A DNA stretch of 64,000 nucleotides from Candidatus Spongiisociaceae bacterium (GTDB lineage Bacteria; Actinomycetota; Acidimicrobiia; Spongiisociales; Spongiisociaceae): the NCBI GenBank assembly GCA_965219685.1, contig CBDCOH010000002.1, positions 96,001 to 160,000 of the forward strand, in the 5' to 3' direction. This document shows positions 50,450 through 61,700 of this stretch, one piece after another. The notes below the pieces were generated by a model, which saw only the letters and a program-made list of their open reading frames with translations, did no database searches and was not told the origin of the DNA. A program made the translations under genes and the position numbers. How positions within the stretch are numbered: the first letter of the stretch is position 1; the number at the start of each line of letters is the position of its first letter.

Positions 50450-50823
50450 GGTTTATCCGCTCCGGACTTCGAACAAGGACCCCTTCGTACGACCCCGAGC
50501 TCGCGGTTTCAGAAGGCTCGCGGAAGCTGTCGGATCGGATCCTCCGCAATTCTAGATGATCAGTTGTCAGGTGTCAGTTGTCAGGTAGTCATCGGTGGTT
50601 GGCGGTGGATCGGGCACGGTTCCGTTCTCGGTAGCGCTGTCCGAGCTTCGTCTCCTGGATCGGTATCCCCGGCTCGCGTCTGCTGAGCCGCGGTCGGTGC
50701 TCTGGCTTGCCACTCAAACCTCTCGTTGCAGGCAGGGTGCCGGGCTGGTCGCCCTCTAACGATATCCGACGTGCTGTTGGCGGATTCATGACGTAGCTTG
50801 TCGGAGGCTTCTAGAGAGGAGGT

Positions 50824-51555
50824 TTGCTGTTGGCATCTACCAGCGATCACACAGGCTTGTACGAAGGGACATCACGGGACCCGGCCGCCCGGCTTGCCGG
50901 ATGGCTGCTGGTCTTGACCGCAGTGGCGACGGCGGTCATGGTGGTCGGCCGGGTCGCCGCCGATGCGGACGAACCGACTCTCATGGGTTCTCTCACGGCG
51001 ATATCGTCCGGCCGGGGCCTGTACACCATGAGCGGTGCGGCCCGCCTCGTTTCCGGGGTCACTTTGCTGGCCGCATCCTGGTACCTGTCGAGGACTTGGA
51101 TCATCAGGAGACGGCTAGGTACGCCGCTGGTTCCTGGCCTCTTCGCGCTCTCGGCTGTGTTCACCGCCGCATCCGGAGCGCTGGCGATCGCCCTGGCGAA
51201 TCTGGCATCCGACGCCGTCCGGCTCGGCGCGCTCTCCCCAACCTTGGCGCAGGCGGAAACCGTCTCGGATCTGCGGTGGTCGACCGGCAAGATCGGGTTC
51301 GCGCTAGCAGGCCTGACGTTGGTTCTGGCGTCACGCTATCAATGGAAGGTGGGCGGAGTTCTCCGGTATGTGTCCCCCGTGTCGGCGGCCTTAGGGATCG
51401 CGATGCAGTTCATCTGGGTCGACTCGGCCACCGTCGCCCACCCGGTCATCGGTACCGCGTTCTTCGTCTGGTTGGTGGGAGTCGGCATGATGCTGCTGAC
51501 CGGTCGCACCGAAAGGCTGTTCACCCGGTTCGTCGACAACCAGGCGACAAGCTGA
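50824..51555 (+). CDS. multi-pass membrane protein (DUF4386-like)
   Basis: About 6 hydrophobic segments; start uncertain. Confidence 0.65.
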   Translation: MLLASTSDHTGLYEGTSRDPAARLAGWLLVLTAVATAVMVVGRVAADADEPTLMGSLTAISSGRGLYTMSGAARLVSGVTLLAASWYLSRTWIIRRRLGTPLVPGLFALSAVFTAASGALAIALANLASDAVRLGALSPTLAQAETVSDLRWSTGKIGFALAGLTLVLASRYQWKVGGVLRYVSPVSAALGIAMQFIWVDSATVAHPVIGTAFFVWLVGVGMMLLTGRTERLFTRFVDNQATS

Positions 51556-51849
51556 CCACCGCCGCCGGCGGGTAGAGCCGGTATGGGGGCCCTTGAAAAG
51601 CTCGCCCGCGTATCCAGAAGCTCTGGCGGTTGCCCCGGTTTACCCATGCCCTGTTAGACAGGCAGTCTATAAGCCTCGAAGGCATGGGACATAGTCGCGA
51701 CTCTGCTGGGCCAAGCCGTCGTTCGAACCGGTGCGGTAGACTCGTGTCGAGCGTGAACACCGACCGTATTCCTTCTTTCGGCAGGGCGGCGCTTCCTGCG
51801 CTGATCCGTACGAACTCGGGTTGCCGGAACGCGGACAAAGTGGCGCTGT

Positions 51850-54348
51850 ATGAAACGTCGGAGACACGAGGCGAAGGACGGGTGTGAGTTCATGGTGAAA
51901 GACAGGGGCGGTGACGTGGCTCACGGCGGAGCTTCAAGCGGAATGGAGAGAGGCCCGCAAGTCTCGGTAAACGAGGACGGTGGTTCGGGCGAGGGCGACC
52001 TGCTCCGGGCCGAGAACGAGACTCTCCGCGCCCGCCTTTCCAGGTTGACCGAGGCGATCCTGCGGATCAGCGAAGACCTCGATCTGGACACGGTCCTACA
52101 AGAAGTCGCGGACGGTGCCCGGTTGCTGACCGGCGCCCGTTACACCGCACTCACGACCCATAACGAGTTGGGCCAGCCACAGGACGTGCTGATCTCCGGT
52201 CTGACCGACGAGGAGAACGCGCGGATGCTTGGCTACCGGTTCGGGCCGGCTCTTTTCACACACCTGAGCGCGCTGCGGGAACCGCTGAGAGAGCGGGACT
52301 TTGTAACCTACACCGAGGTGGCCGGTTTTCCCGACTTCCCCGTCGGGATCGGGAGGTTCCTGAGTACCCAGATCCGGATCCGGGACCGCCACGTGGGAAA
52401 CATCTACATCGGTGACGAGGAGACCGGCGGGGAGTTCACCCTTGAGGATGAGCAGACCCTGAAGATGTTCGCCACGCAGGCTGCGCTGGCCATCACCAAC
52501 GCGCGTCGTTATGGCGAGGAGCAGCGGACAAAGGCGGATCTCGAAGCCCTTCTCAACACGTCTCCTGTGGGCGTCTTGGTCTTTGATGCGCTCACCCGGA
52601 AGGTCCTCAAGACCAATCACGAGGCGTGCCGCATCATCGGGTCCCGGTCGGTGGAGGAGGAGCATGTCGCGCGAGCCTTCGAGGCGGTCGAGTTCCGGCG
52701 CTTGGACGGAACGTCGGTACAGCCCGACGAGGTCCCCTTCGAACGGGCCGCACGGTCCGGCGAGACGGTGCGCGCCGAGGAGTTGGTAATCGGTGTTCCC
52801 TCCGGCGATCAGACAACCGTCCTTGTCAACACCACACCGATCCGTTCCGAAGATGGCCGACTCGTCTCCGTTGTGGCCACGATCCAGGACATCACCCCTC
52901 TTGAGGAGCTGGAGCGGCTTCGCGCCGGTTTCTTGGGGATGGTCAGCCACGAGTTGAGAACGCCTCTGACGTCGATAAAGGGATCTGCCGCCACCGTGCT
53001 CGGTTCGTCGTCTCCGCTCGACCCGGCCGAGACACGGCAGTTCTTCCGCATCATCGAGGAACAGGCCGACCAGATGCGGGACTTGATCAATAACCTGCTG
53101 GACCTGACCAGGATCGAGGCGGGGACCCTCTCGGTTGTTGCCGAACCGGCCGACGTCACGGCTGTCATCGACCAGGCCAGGAACCAGTTCCTGAGCGGCG
53201 GCTACCGCAACAGCATTGAGGTCGACCTGGCGCCGAACCTGCCGCAGGTTGTGGCGGATACCCAGCGGATCGTCCAAGTCCTTCACAACTTGTTCTCCAA
53301 CGCGTCGAAGTACTCGCGAGAGTGGTCTCGCATCCGGGTGAGCGCCAGTCTTGAGGACGGCCACGTTGCGATCTCGGTAGCTGACGAGGGCAAGGGCATA
53401 GCAGGCGAGCACCTACCCCACCTGTTCACCAAGTTCTCCCGGATCGACGCCGGCGGGGACCACCGGCTTGGTGGCCACGGGCTCGGTCTGGCGATCTGCC
53501 GGGGAATTGTGGAAGCCCACGGCGGCCGTATCCGGGCGGAGAGCGAGGGAGACGGACGCGGGACACGGTTCATCTTCACCATCCCCGCTGTCGACGAAAC
53601 CGCCAACCGTCTGTCACCTGGCCTCGCCAACGGATCCACTGGTCCGGGGCAAACACCCCGGGCTAGCGGTCGAATACTGGCGATCGACGACGATCCCCAG
53701 ATACTTCGCTATGTCCGCAACACCCTCGCAGAGGCGGGATACAGGCCGGTGGTCACCAGTGACGTGGACGAGGTCGGCAACCTGCTCGAGGCGGAGAGGC
53801 CGCAGCTCGTTCTGGTGAATCTGGTCCTTCCCGGAATCGACGGTTTCGACCTCCTGGAACATATCCGTACCGACTTCCGCACCCCGGTCATCATCCTGTC
53901 CGGACGGGGACGAGGCCAGGACATCGCCAGAGCATTCGAGCTCGGAGCCGCGGACTACGTGGTCAAACCGTTCTCGCCCGCCGAGTTGGTAGCCAGGATC
54001 GGAGCCGCGCTACGCCAACACGCGGCGCAACCGCATGGCGGGTTCGAGCCGTACGAGTGCGGCGATCTGGTCATCAACCACTTGGAACGAGTTGTGACCG
54101 TGGCGGGCGAGCAGGCGCGCCTCACGCCGACCGAGTACAAGCTCCTGTTCGAACTCTCCCGGTATCCCGGACGGGTGTTGACCCACGATCAGTTGCTGGG
54201 GAGCGTGTGGGGCGAAGACCACCCGGCAGATCAGCGTCTGCTGCGCTCGTTCGTCAAGAACCTACGCCAGAAGCTCGGAGACGACGCCAGGAACCCCTCC
54301 TACATCTTCACCCAGTCCGGCGTCGGATACCGTCTCGCCAAACCCTGA
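51850..54348 (+). CDS. soluble hybrid sensor: GAF-PAS-HisKA-HATPase-REC-OmpR-type wHTH
   Basis: SHELRTPL, NASKY, DEGKG, GLGL, AIDDD, KPFS, LTPTEYKLL...GVGYR. Confidence 0.92.
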   Translation: MKRRRHEAKDGCEFMVKDRGGDVAHGGASSGMERGPQVSVNEDGGSGEGDLLRAENETLRARLSRLTEAILRISEDLDLDTVLQEVADGARLLTGARYTALTTHNELGQPQDVLISGLTDEENARMLGYRFGPALFTHLSALREPLRERDFVTYTEVAGFPDFPVGIGRFLSTQIRIRDRHVGNIYIGDEETGGEFTLEDEQTLKMFATQAALAITNARRYGEEQRTKADLEALLNTSPVGVLVFDALTRKVLKTNHEACRIIGSRSVEEEHVARAFEAVEFRRLDGTSVQPDEVPFERAARSGETVRAEELVIGVPSGDQTTVLVNTTPIRSEDGRLVSVVATIQDITPLEELERLRAGFLGMVSHELRTPLTSIKGSAATVLGSSSPLDPAETRQFFRIIEEQADQMRDLINNLLDLTRIEAGTLSVVAEPADVTAVIDQARNQFLSGGYRNSIEVDLAPNLPQVVADTQRIVQVLHNLFSNASKYSREWSRIRVSASLEDGHVAISVADEGKGIAGEHLPHLFTKFSRIDAGGDHRLGGHGLGLAICRGIVEAHGGRIRAESEGDGRGTRFIFTIPAVDETANRLSPGLANGSTGPGQTPRASGRILAIDDDPQILRYVRNTLAEAGYRPVVTSDVDEVGNLLEAERPQLVLVNLVLPGIDGFDLLEHIRTDFRTPVIILSGRGRGQDIARAFELGAADYVVKPFSPAELVARIGAALRQHAAQPHGGFEPYECGDLVINHLERVVTVAGEQARLTPTEYKLLFELSRYPGRVLTHDQLLGSVWGEDHPADQRLLRSFVKNLRQKLGDDARNPSYIFTQSGVGYRLAKP

Positions 54349-54621
54349 GCCCGGTCCCGCCCGCGGCGGTTTCCGGGGTTGGGGTGTCCAGCAAGCGAGA
54401 GGCGACGAAGGTACCTCTTCCCTCGTGAGGGATCGGTGAATTCCGGGTCGTTGCCTTGACGGAGATCGATGAACATAATATGTAGCGATCGCAGGTGGCG
54501 GTGAGGGCACTTCCAAATAGCCCGGCGGGTCGAAGACAGTACCTGTTCGGGGGCCCCGCCTTCGCCGGGCCGCAGATCTAAAAGCGATTCTCAACGACGT
54601 TGCCGAGGGAGGGCGTACCCG

Positions 54622-55104
54622 ATGACAGACCAGTCAACACTTGAACGCAGGACGCCGACCGCCGACGACCTTGGGAAGTGTGTCGCCGGTCTGGTCAACG
54701 CGGTAGCGCGCGGGACGGAAGAACAGATCGAGCCCTGGGGGTTCTCGGCACTCGAGTTCTCCGTCCTCGGAGTGTGCCGTAGCGCTGGGTCTACCACCGT
54801 CACCGGACTCGCCGAAGTCATACCCATCGATAGCGGGCGTATCAGTCGCATAGTCAACAAGCTCTACAACAGGGGTCTCATCAGCAGGCGGCGCTTGGCT
54901 TCCGACCGTCGAGTCGTCAAGCTGCAACTCAGCGAAGACGGCCTCGACCTCGTACCCCGCCTGGTACAACTCGTGGAGGACTACAACAAGATGCTGCTGG
55001 CGGGTATCTCAGTCGAAGACCAGGCCAGGTTCGTCGCAGTCTGTCACAAGATCATCGAGAACCACACCCGCCACCAAGCCGAGCGAGCCGCACAAGCTCC
55101 GTAG
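54622..55104 (+). CDS. MarR family regulator
   Basis: ISRIVNKLYNRGLISRRRLASDRRVVKLQLSEDG. Confidence 0.92.
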   Translation: MTDQSTLERRTPTADDLGKCVAGLVNAVARGTEEQIEPWGFSALEFSVLGVCRSAGSTTVTGLAEVIPIDSGRISRIVNKLYNRGLISRRRLASDRRVVKLQLSEDGLDLVPRLVQLVEDYNKMLLAGISVEDQARFVAVCHKIIENHTRHQAERAAQAP

Positions 55105-55704
55105 CTCGTCGAAGCCACAGACGGAGTGAGGCCTTACTCAGCTCGCTCGATGCACCGCCGGTCTCGCGATGCAGCGGCCGATCACTGACCACTGACCATA
55201 ACCGGCACGGGCTACTGTCCATCATTAACTGATCAGTATCGACAGTGACTTACCACGCTGTAATCAAATGTTGCGCCGGACTATCACCGACCGTTGCACG
55301 ATCTGTGACGTTCATCCATCAGTTCAAGCACCTACGTGACACAGCACCCAGTGATATGTACAATAGATGAATAGACAACTTCTGTTCGTGCTCATATTAT
55401 GAAACAATCTGCGCTACGCCGAGCCGCGCTCGTCGCACGGTTCCGTGTGCAGACGACGCCGCGTGATGACGAGCTCCGGTCTTCACCCCTGGAAGCAGGA
55501 AGCACGCCGCGGCGGGTGGTCCGAAAGGAGGGGAGCCATCCAGGAGCAGACGCCCGAAGGCGTCCTAGGTGTGGTTGCGGGAACAGACCGGACGGTCAGC
55601 ACCGTCTTGGGATCGAACTGGCTGGTCATTGGCGCAATCCCCGTTGACAGCTGTTTGCGGTCCGACCGCGGGCCGACCTTCCCTCCGGAGCCAACGGAGC
55701 ACTA

Positions 55705-58700
55705 GTGGCTGTCTCGGTGGCTGGTCGGTGGCTGGTGTGGGTGCTGGCGATGGTTCTGTGGGTCTCGTCGACCGTTCCGGCGGCCGGGGATACCTCCACG
55801 TCGGAGGATTCCGTTCCCGAGGCGGCTAACGATCCGGCCCTCCCCCCGGAATCAGATTCCGCGCCGGATTCCGACGCGACGCCGGAACAGCCGGTACCCG
55901 AACCCGAGAAGCCCAGCGGGTTGAGGGTCACCACGGAAGCCGGCTCGCTGGACGTGGGGGTTGACTGGGATGACGTGGACGGCGCGACGCTCTACCTGGT
56001 GCGGTGGCGGTCGGTGGACGCCGGCGACAAGCTGAACGAGGGGGTGGAGGTCCAACTGTCGGCTACGACCATCACCCTGGCGAATTTCGGCGAGTGGGTG
56101 GTGCGGGTGCAAGCCTGCAATGACGCCGGCTGTGGGAAGCCCCTCGCCCACAAATTCAAGATTGAACCAATACTTGAACCTGAACCCACACCGGAGCCTG
56201 ATCCCGAGCCGGAGCCGGAGCCTGATCCCGAGCCGGAGCCTGATCCCGAGCCGGAGTCGGATCCTGATCCCGAGCCGGAGTCGGATCCTGATCCCGAGCC
56301 GGAGCCTGATCCCGAGCCGAGGTCGGATCCCGAGCCGAGGTCGGATCCCGAGCCGGAGTCGGATCCTGAGGTGCCGGTAAGCGTGCCGGGGAAGCCAAGC
56401 GGATTGAGAGTCGCCACGGAGACAGGCTCGCTGGACGTGGGGGTGGACTGGGGAGACGTGGACGGCGCGAGGCGTTATCTGGTGCGGTGGCGGTCGGTGG
56501 ACGCCGGCGACAAGCTGAACGCGGGCGTGGACGTGCGGTCATCCGGTACGACCATCACCGTGGCGGGCTTCGGCGAATGGGTGGTGCGGGTAGAGGCGTG
56601 TAATGACGCCGGCTGCGGGGAAGCCCGGTCACGGAAATTCGAGGTTGAGCCGGTCCCGGAACACGAACCCGAGCCGGCCTCTTTTCTGCCGGGTTTGATT
56701 CTGACCGTTGCCCCTGACCGACTGGTGGAGGACGGGGGGAAGGCCTCGATAGTCGTGACAGCCGCCTGGGTGGGCTCCGTCACCCTTTCGGAGGACACCA
56801 CGGTTGCGTTGAGCCTGTCGGGTACCGCAGAGGACCCGGCGGACTACACCGCCGAGGTCGCCGACCTGGTCATCGCGGCAGGGGCTGCCAGCGGGACCAC
56901 CAACCTCTCTGTCACCCCCGTGGACGATGGGTTGGCGGAGGGTGACGAGACCATCGTGGTAACTGGGGCGGTGGACGGTCTCACATTGTTCACGCCGATC
57001 ATCCTCGCCGATCCGCTCCTGACCAGTGTCGCGAGCGAAGGCACCAACTCGGCGCCTTCGTTCCCCGGCGCCGACCCTGTCTTCCGGTCGGTTCCCGAGA
57101 ACAGTCCGGCGGGCACCGCGGTGGGCGACCCGGTAACCGCGACCGACGCCGACAGCGGGGACACTCTCGTCTACAGCCTGACCGACACCGACGCCGCCAG
57201 CTTCACCGTCGACAGCAGCGGACAGATCAAAGTAGCCGAAGGCACGACGCTGGACTACGAGCAGGACGCCGCCTACACGGTGGACGTGAACGTCAGCGAC
57301 GGCAAGGATGCGGACGGCAACGCCGACACAGCCATCGACGACTCGGTGGGTGTGGTCATCTATGTGACTGACATCAAGCCGCCGCATGCGCCGCTGCTGA
57401 CCGTAACGCCGTCGGCCGACGGAGAGGGAATGCGCGTCGACTGGACCCAGCAGGAGGAGGTTGGCAGGGCGCCCGTGACCGAGTACGACATGCGATTCCG
57501 CGAGTTGGGGACCTTTGCCTGTGACGACACCCAGCGGTTCGCGAGTCAGCTGTCCTTCGCCTCCACGATCCGCACCGCGACCATCCCACCCGAGGGCACC
57601 GATGCCCTCAAGCCGGGGGTGGTCTACTGCGTGAAAGTGCAGGCGCGCAGCGTGGAGGGCGACAGCCTTGGTGTCTCCGAACCCCGGATGAACACATTGC
57701 CCGCCTCAGCAGACTTCGCCGTATCGGCCTCGCCCGCCAGCGCCCTTCTGCTGAGCGCCGACCACTTCCCCTACACCGATCCCCACGACACGCTCGGGAG
57801 GGTCAAGATCCTGTCCCTTCCCGATCCCGCCCAGGGCCGGCTGAGACTCGAGGCCGCAAACGTGGCGATCAACCAGTTCATAGAGGCCGACTCTCTCAAC
57901 CTGTTCTCGTTCGAGCCGGCTTCGACGTTCAGCGGCGGCGCCGCGTTCCGCTTCCAGCTCGAGGACTCCCACGGTGCTCTGACCACGGCCCATACCGCCA
58001 CGATCGACCTGGCGGTCCCCGCCATAACCGAAGTGGACATAACCTCCAGCCCGGCCCTGAACAACACGTACGTCACCGGAGAGACGGCCCAGGTAACCGT
58101 CACCTGGGATCAGCAGGTCAGTTGGGACATCACCGCCACCGGCGCCGCCATCTCCCTCGACCTCGAAGTGGGGAACGCCACGCGGACCGCAGCTCTGGTA
58201 ACCGGCGGAGACACCACCGGGAGCGCCACCGCCCTCACCTTTCAGTACCCCATCCAGTCCACCGATGCAGACACCGACGGAATCAGCGCCGTCGCCGACA
58301 GCGGCGGCAACCTCGTGCAACTATCCGGCGGGGCCAGCCTCACCGACGCGTCCGACCGCGCAGCAGGTCGTACCTATGACTCCTTACCCGAGGATGACAG
58401 CCTCCACAAGGTGGACGGCACCAAGGTGTTCAACCATGCACCCGCTTTTCCGGCGGACGACACGCCGCCCCTGGCCCGCACCGTGGACGAGAACAGTCCG
58501 GCCGGGACGACGGTGGGCGCCCCTGTTGTGGCCACCGACCCCGACACCGGCGACATCCTCACCTACACGCTGAGCGGTGTCGACGCATCAGCCTTCACGA
58601 TCGACGCCGCCGGGCAGATCAAGGTGGGCCAGGACGCGGCCCTTGACTACGAGACAAAGGCCACTCTCTCGCTCACCGTGAACGTTCGTGACAGCGAGGA

Positions 58701-61700
58701 CACCGCCGGTGGCCCCGACACCGTCACGGATGCATCGGTCGAGGTAACCATCACGGTGACCGACCAACCGGAGGCACCCAGGCCGGTAACCGGGCTGACG
58801 GCCACAGCGGTGTCCGGCTACAGCGCCCGGCTGGACTGGACGGCGTCGGACACTGCCGGGCTGCCGCCCATCGATCGTGTGATCATCGACCCGTATCACC
58901 TTGTTCAGGAGCGTCGCCAGTACCTCTCCCAGGTAGTACTCGAAGAAGAACGGGCAGCCGAGGTCACGTACACAGTCACCGGGCTGGTCCCCGAAACCAC
59001 CTACTACTTCGACGTGCGGGTGAGGAACACCGATGGCCTTCAATCCACCATAGAAGCGGCACAGACCACCACCATCGCCAATACCGCGCCCGCCTCGGTG
59101 GATTTCACCAAGAACACCCATACCGACACCGACCTGTCCTTTCTCCCATCTGACTTTCCGTTCGTCGACGGGGACGCCGGCGACAGCCTGGCGGCGGTCC
59201 GGATAGTCACGCTGCCCGACGCTGCACACGGCGCCCTGAAGTGGACCGAGTCCGGCGCCTCCCAGGCCTCCGTGACGACCAACCAGCTGATCACCGCCAC
59301 CGACCTGGACACGCTGACATTCATCCCGGCGACCTCCTACACCGGCGCCGCGACCTTCACCTTCAAGGTGGTGGACGGGGCAGGCGCCGAGTCGACGGCG
59401 GCCCGAACGGCCACCGTCAATGTCCAGGACGATGCGCCGAAGTTCACCGGGACCCTTCCGCTAACCCGCTCCGTCCCGGAGAACAGCGCCGCGGGAACCC
59501 GCGTCGGCGCCCCCCTCACCGCCTCCGACCCGGACGGCGACACGATCACCTACTCCCTCTCGGGCGCGGACGCGGCCGGCTTCGACATAGACGCCACGAG
59601 CGGTCAGGTGACGGTGGGGAAGGGTGCGGCGCTCGATTACGAGACGAAGAACACTCACGAGGTTACGGTCAACATCCACGACGGGAAGGGTCCCGACGGC
59701 GGGGCCAGCACCGTGACCGACGCCTCCGCGACACTCACCATCACGGTGACCGACCAGATCGAGCGGCCCAATCCTCCAACCGGGTTCAACGCCACAGTTC
59801 TGTCTCCCTCCAGCATCCGGCTGGACTGGGAAGCATCGGACACCACCGGGCTGCCGCCCATCAACCACTACTTGATAAGGTATGGAGTAGCGAGCGGATC
59901 CGCTCGCGCCACGGCGTTTCCGGACCCACCGACCGCGGTCACCCACACCGTCACCGGGTTGACGCCCGCCACCACCTACCACTTCGAGGTGCGGCTGTCC
60001 AACACTGATGGCAAGAGCAGTCCCATACGCCCGTCCGTCACGGCCACCACGTCCCCCAACCTTGCTCCGACATCGGCGGACTTCAGGGCATACCTCCCAG
60101 CCGGGGGCCGTGACCTGTCGTTCTCCGCAGCCGACTTCCAGTTCGCCGACGCCGACTCCGCCGACAGTCTCAAACAGGTGAGGATCGTCTCGTTACCGAA
60201 GTCATCGGACGGAGTGCTCAAGTGGACACCGTCGGGCGGCGCCGAGACCAGCGTGACCACCAGCAGGCCGATAGACGTCCGCGCTCTCGGGACCCTGGTC
60301 TTCGATCTCGCCGACCGGTTCTCCGGTCCTACCGACAGCCGGTTCGGCCCGGCGTCGTTCACGTTCAAGGTGGTGGACCAGCATGGCGCCGAGTCCTCGG
60401 ATTCCTACACAGCCACCATCTGGAACCGGGCCGCCTCCCGGGTCGTCTCCATGAAGATCACCTCGACGCCGGCGGTGGGCGACACCTACACGCTGGGCGA
60501 GACCGTCCAGGTGACCGTGGGGTTCGACAAGTACGTGGTCTGGGATGTGTCGGCCGCGGACGCCGATGTCAGGATCCAGTTCGAGGAAGGATCACAGGAC
60601 ACCCTGCCCGCGGCCTCCCTCGTTACCGGCGGACGGACCACCTCCGCCGCGCGCGAAATGGTGTTCGAATTCACTGTGGCCGCTACCCACAGCAGCCCCG
60701 GCGGCCTCCGCATCCATCCCAACAGTGGACTGCCCGTACAGAAGCTCAACGGCGCCACGATCCTATCCGAGCACGGAGGTGCCGCCGAGCTCGCCTACAG
60801 CGCGTCCCGGATCCCGGCCCGGGACACGAACCATAAGGTAGGAGGATCCCTCCTCCCCAACGCGGCGCCGGCTTTCGGCAAGAGCGGCCCACTGTCGTTC
60901 TCGGTGTCCGAGGACGCGGCCGCCGGGACAAAGATCGGCGACCCGGTGAGCGCCATCGATCCCGACGCGGGCGACGCCCTCACCTACTCGCTGTCGGGGA
61001 CCAACGCCGCCTTCTTCGACATGGACAGCGCCACCGGCCAGATCTCGGTAGGCAGCAACGCGATCCTGGACTTCGAAGCAGCCGCGAACAGCTACAACCT
61101 GGTGGTGAAGGTTCGGGACGGGAAGGACCGCTACAGCCGCGTCGACACGTCCGACGACGACTCCATCGGTGTGACCATCTCCCTCACCGACGCCACGGAG
61201 CCGTCCCTCCCACCCGCAGGAATGTCGGCGACCGTGCTCTCCTCCACCAGTATCGAAGTGGAATGGGACGCGCCGGACAATCGGGGGCGCACCCCGGCCT
61301 CCGGCTACGAACTGTTTTACAGGGCCGGTGGTGATACCAACGGGACCACGGTCAGCTTCGACGGCGACACCTTCACAGCCACTCTGGCCGGGCTGACCCC
61401 GGGCGTGTCGTACCACGTGGCAATGAGGGCTGAGAACGCAGACGGATTCGGGCCATGGTCAGCCATCGAACCCTCACCCACCACCACCGCCAACGCCGGA
61501 CCCACTTCGTCCGACTTCACCAAGAACATCGCGCCAGGCATCGATCTGGGCTTCTCCGCGACGGACTTCGAGTTCAACGACGTGGACACCGGTGACATCC
61601 TGAAAGCGGTCACGATCGTCACCCTGCCCCAAGCGGCTCATGGCGTGCTGAAGTGGAAGGACCTGGGCGTCACGCTGAAAACGGTGCCGGCGAACCAGCT

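Noticed and set aside
55399-55647. 82-aa ORF in frame with the adhesin, suggesting readthrough
   Set aside because: Not protein-like; the adhesin has its own RBS, GTG and signal peptide at 55705
56176-56370. CRISPR-like array
   Set aside because: No unique spacers; it is an in-frame Pro/Glu/Asp linker and no cas genes are present
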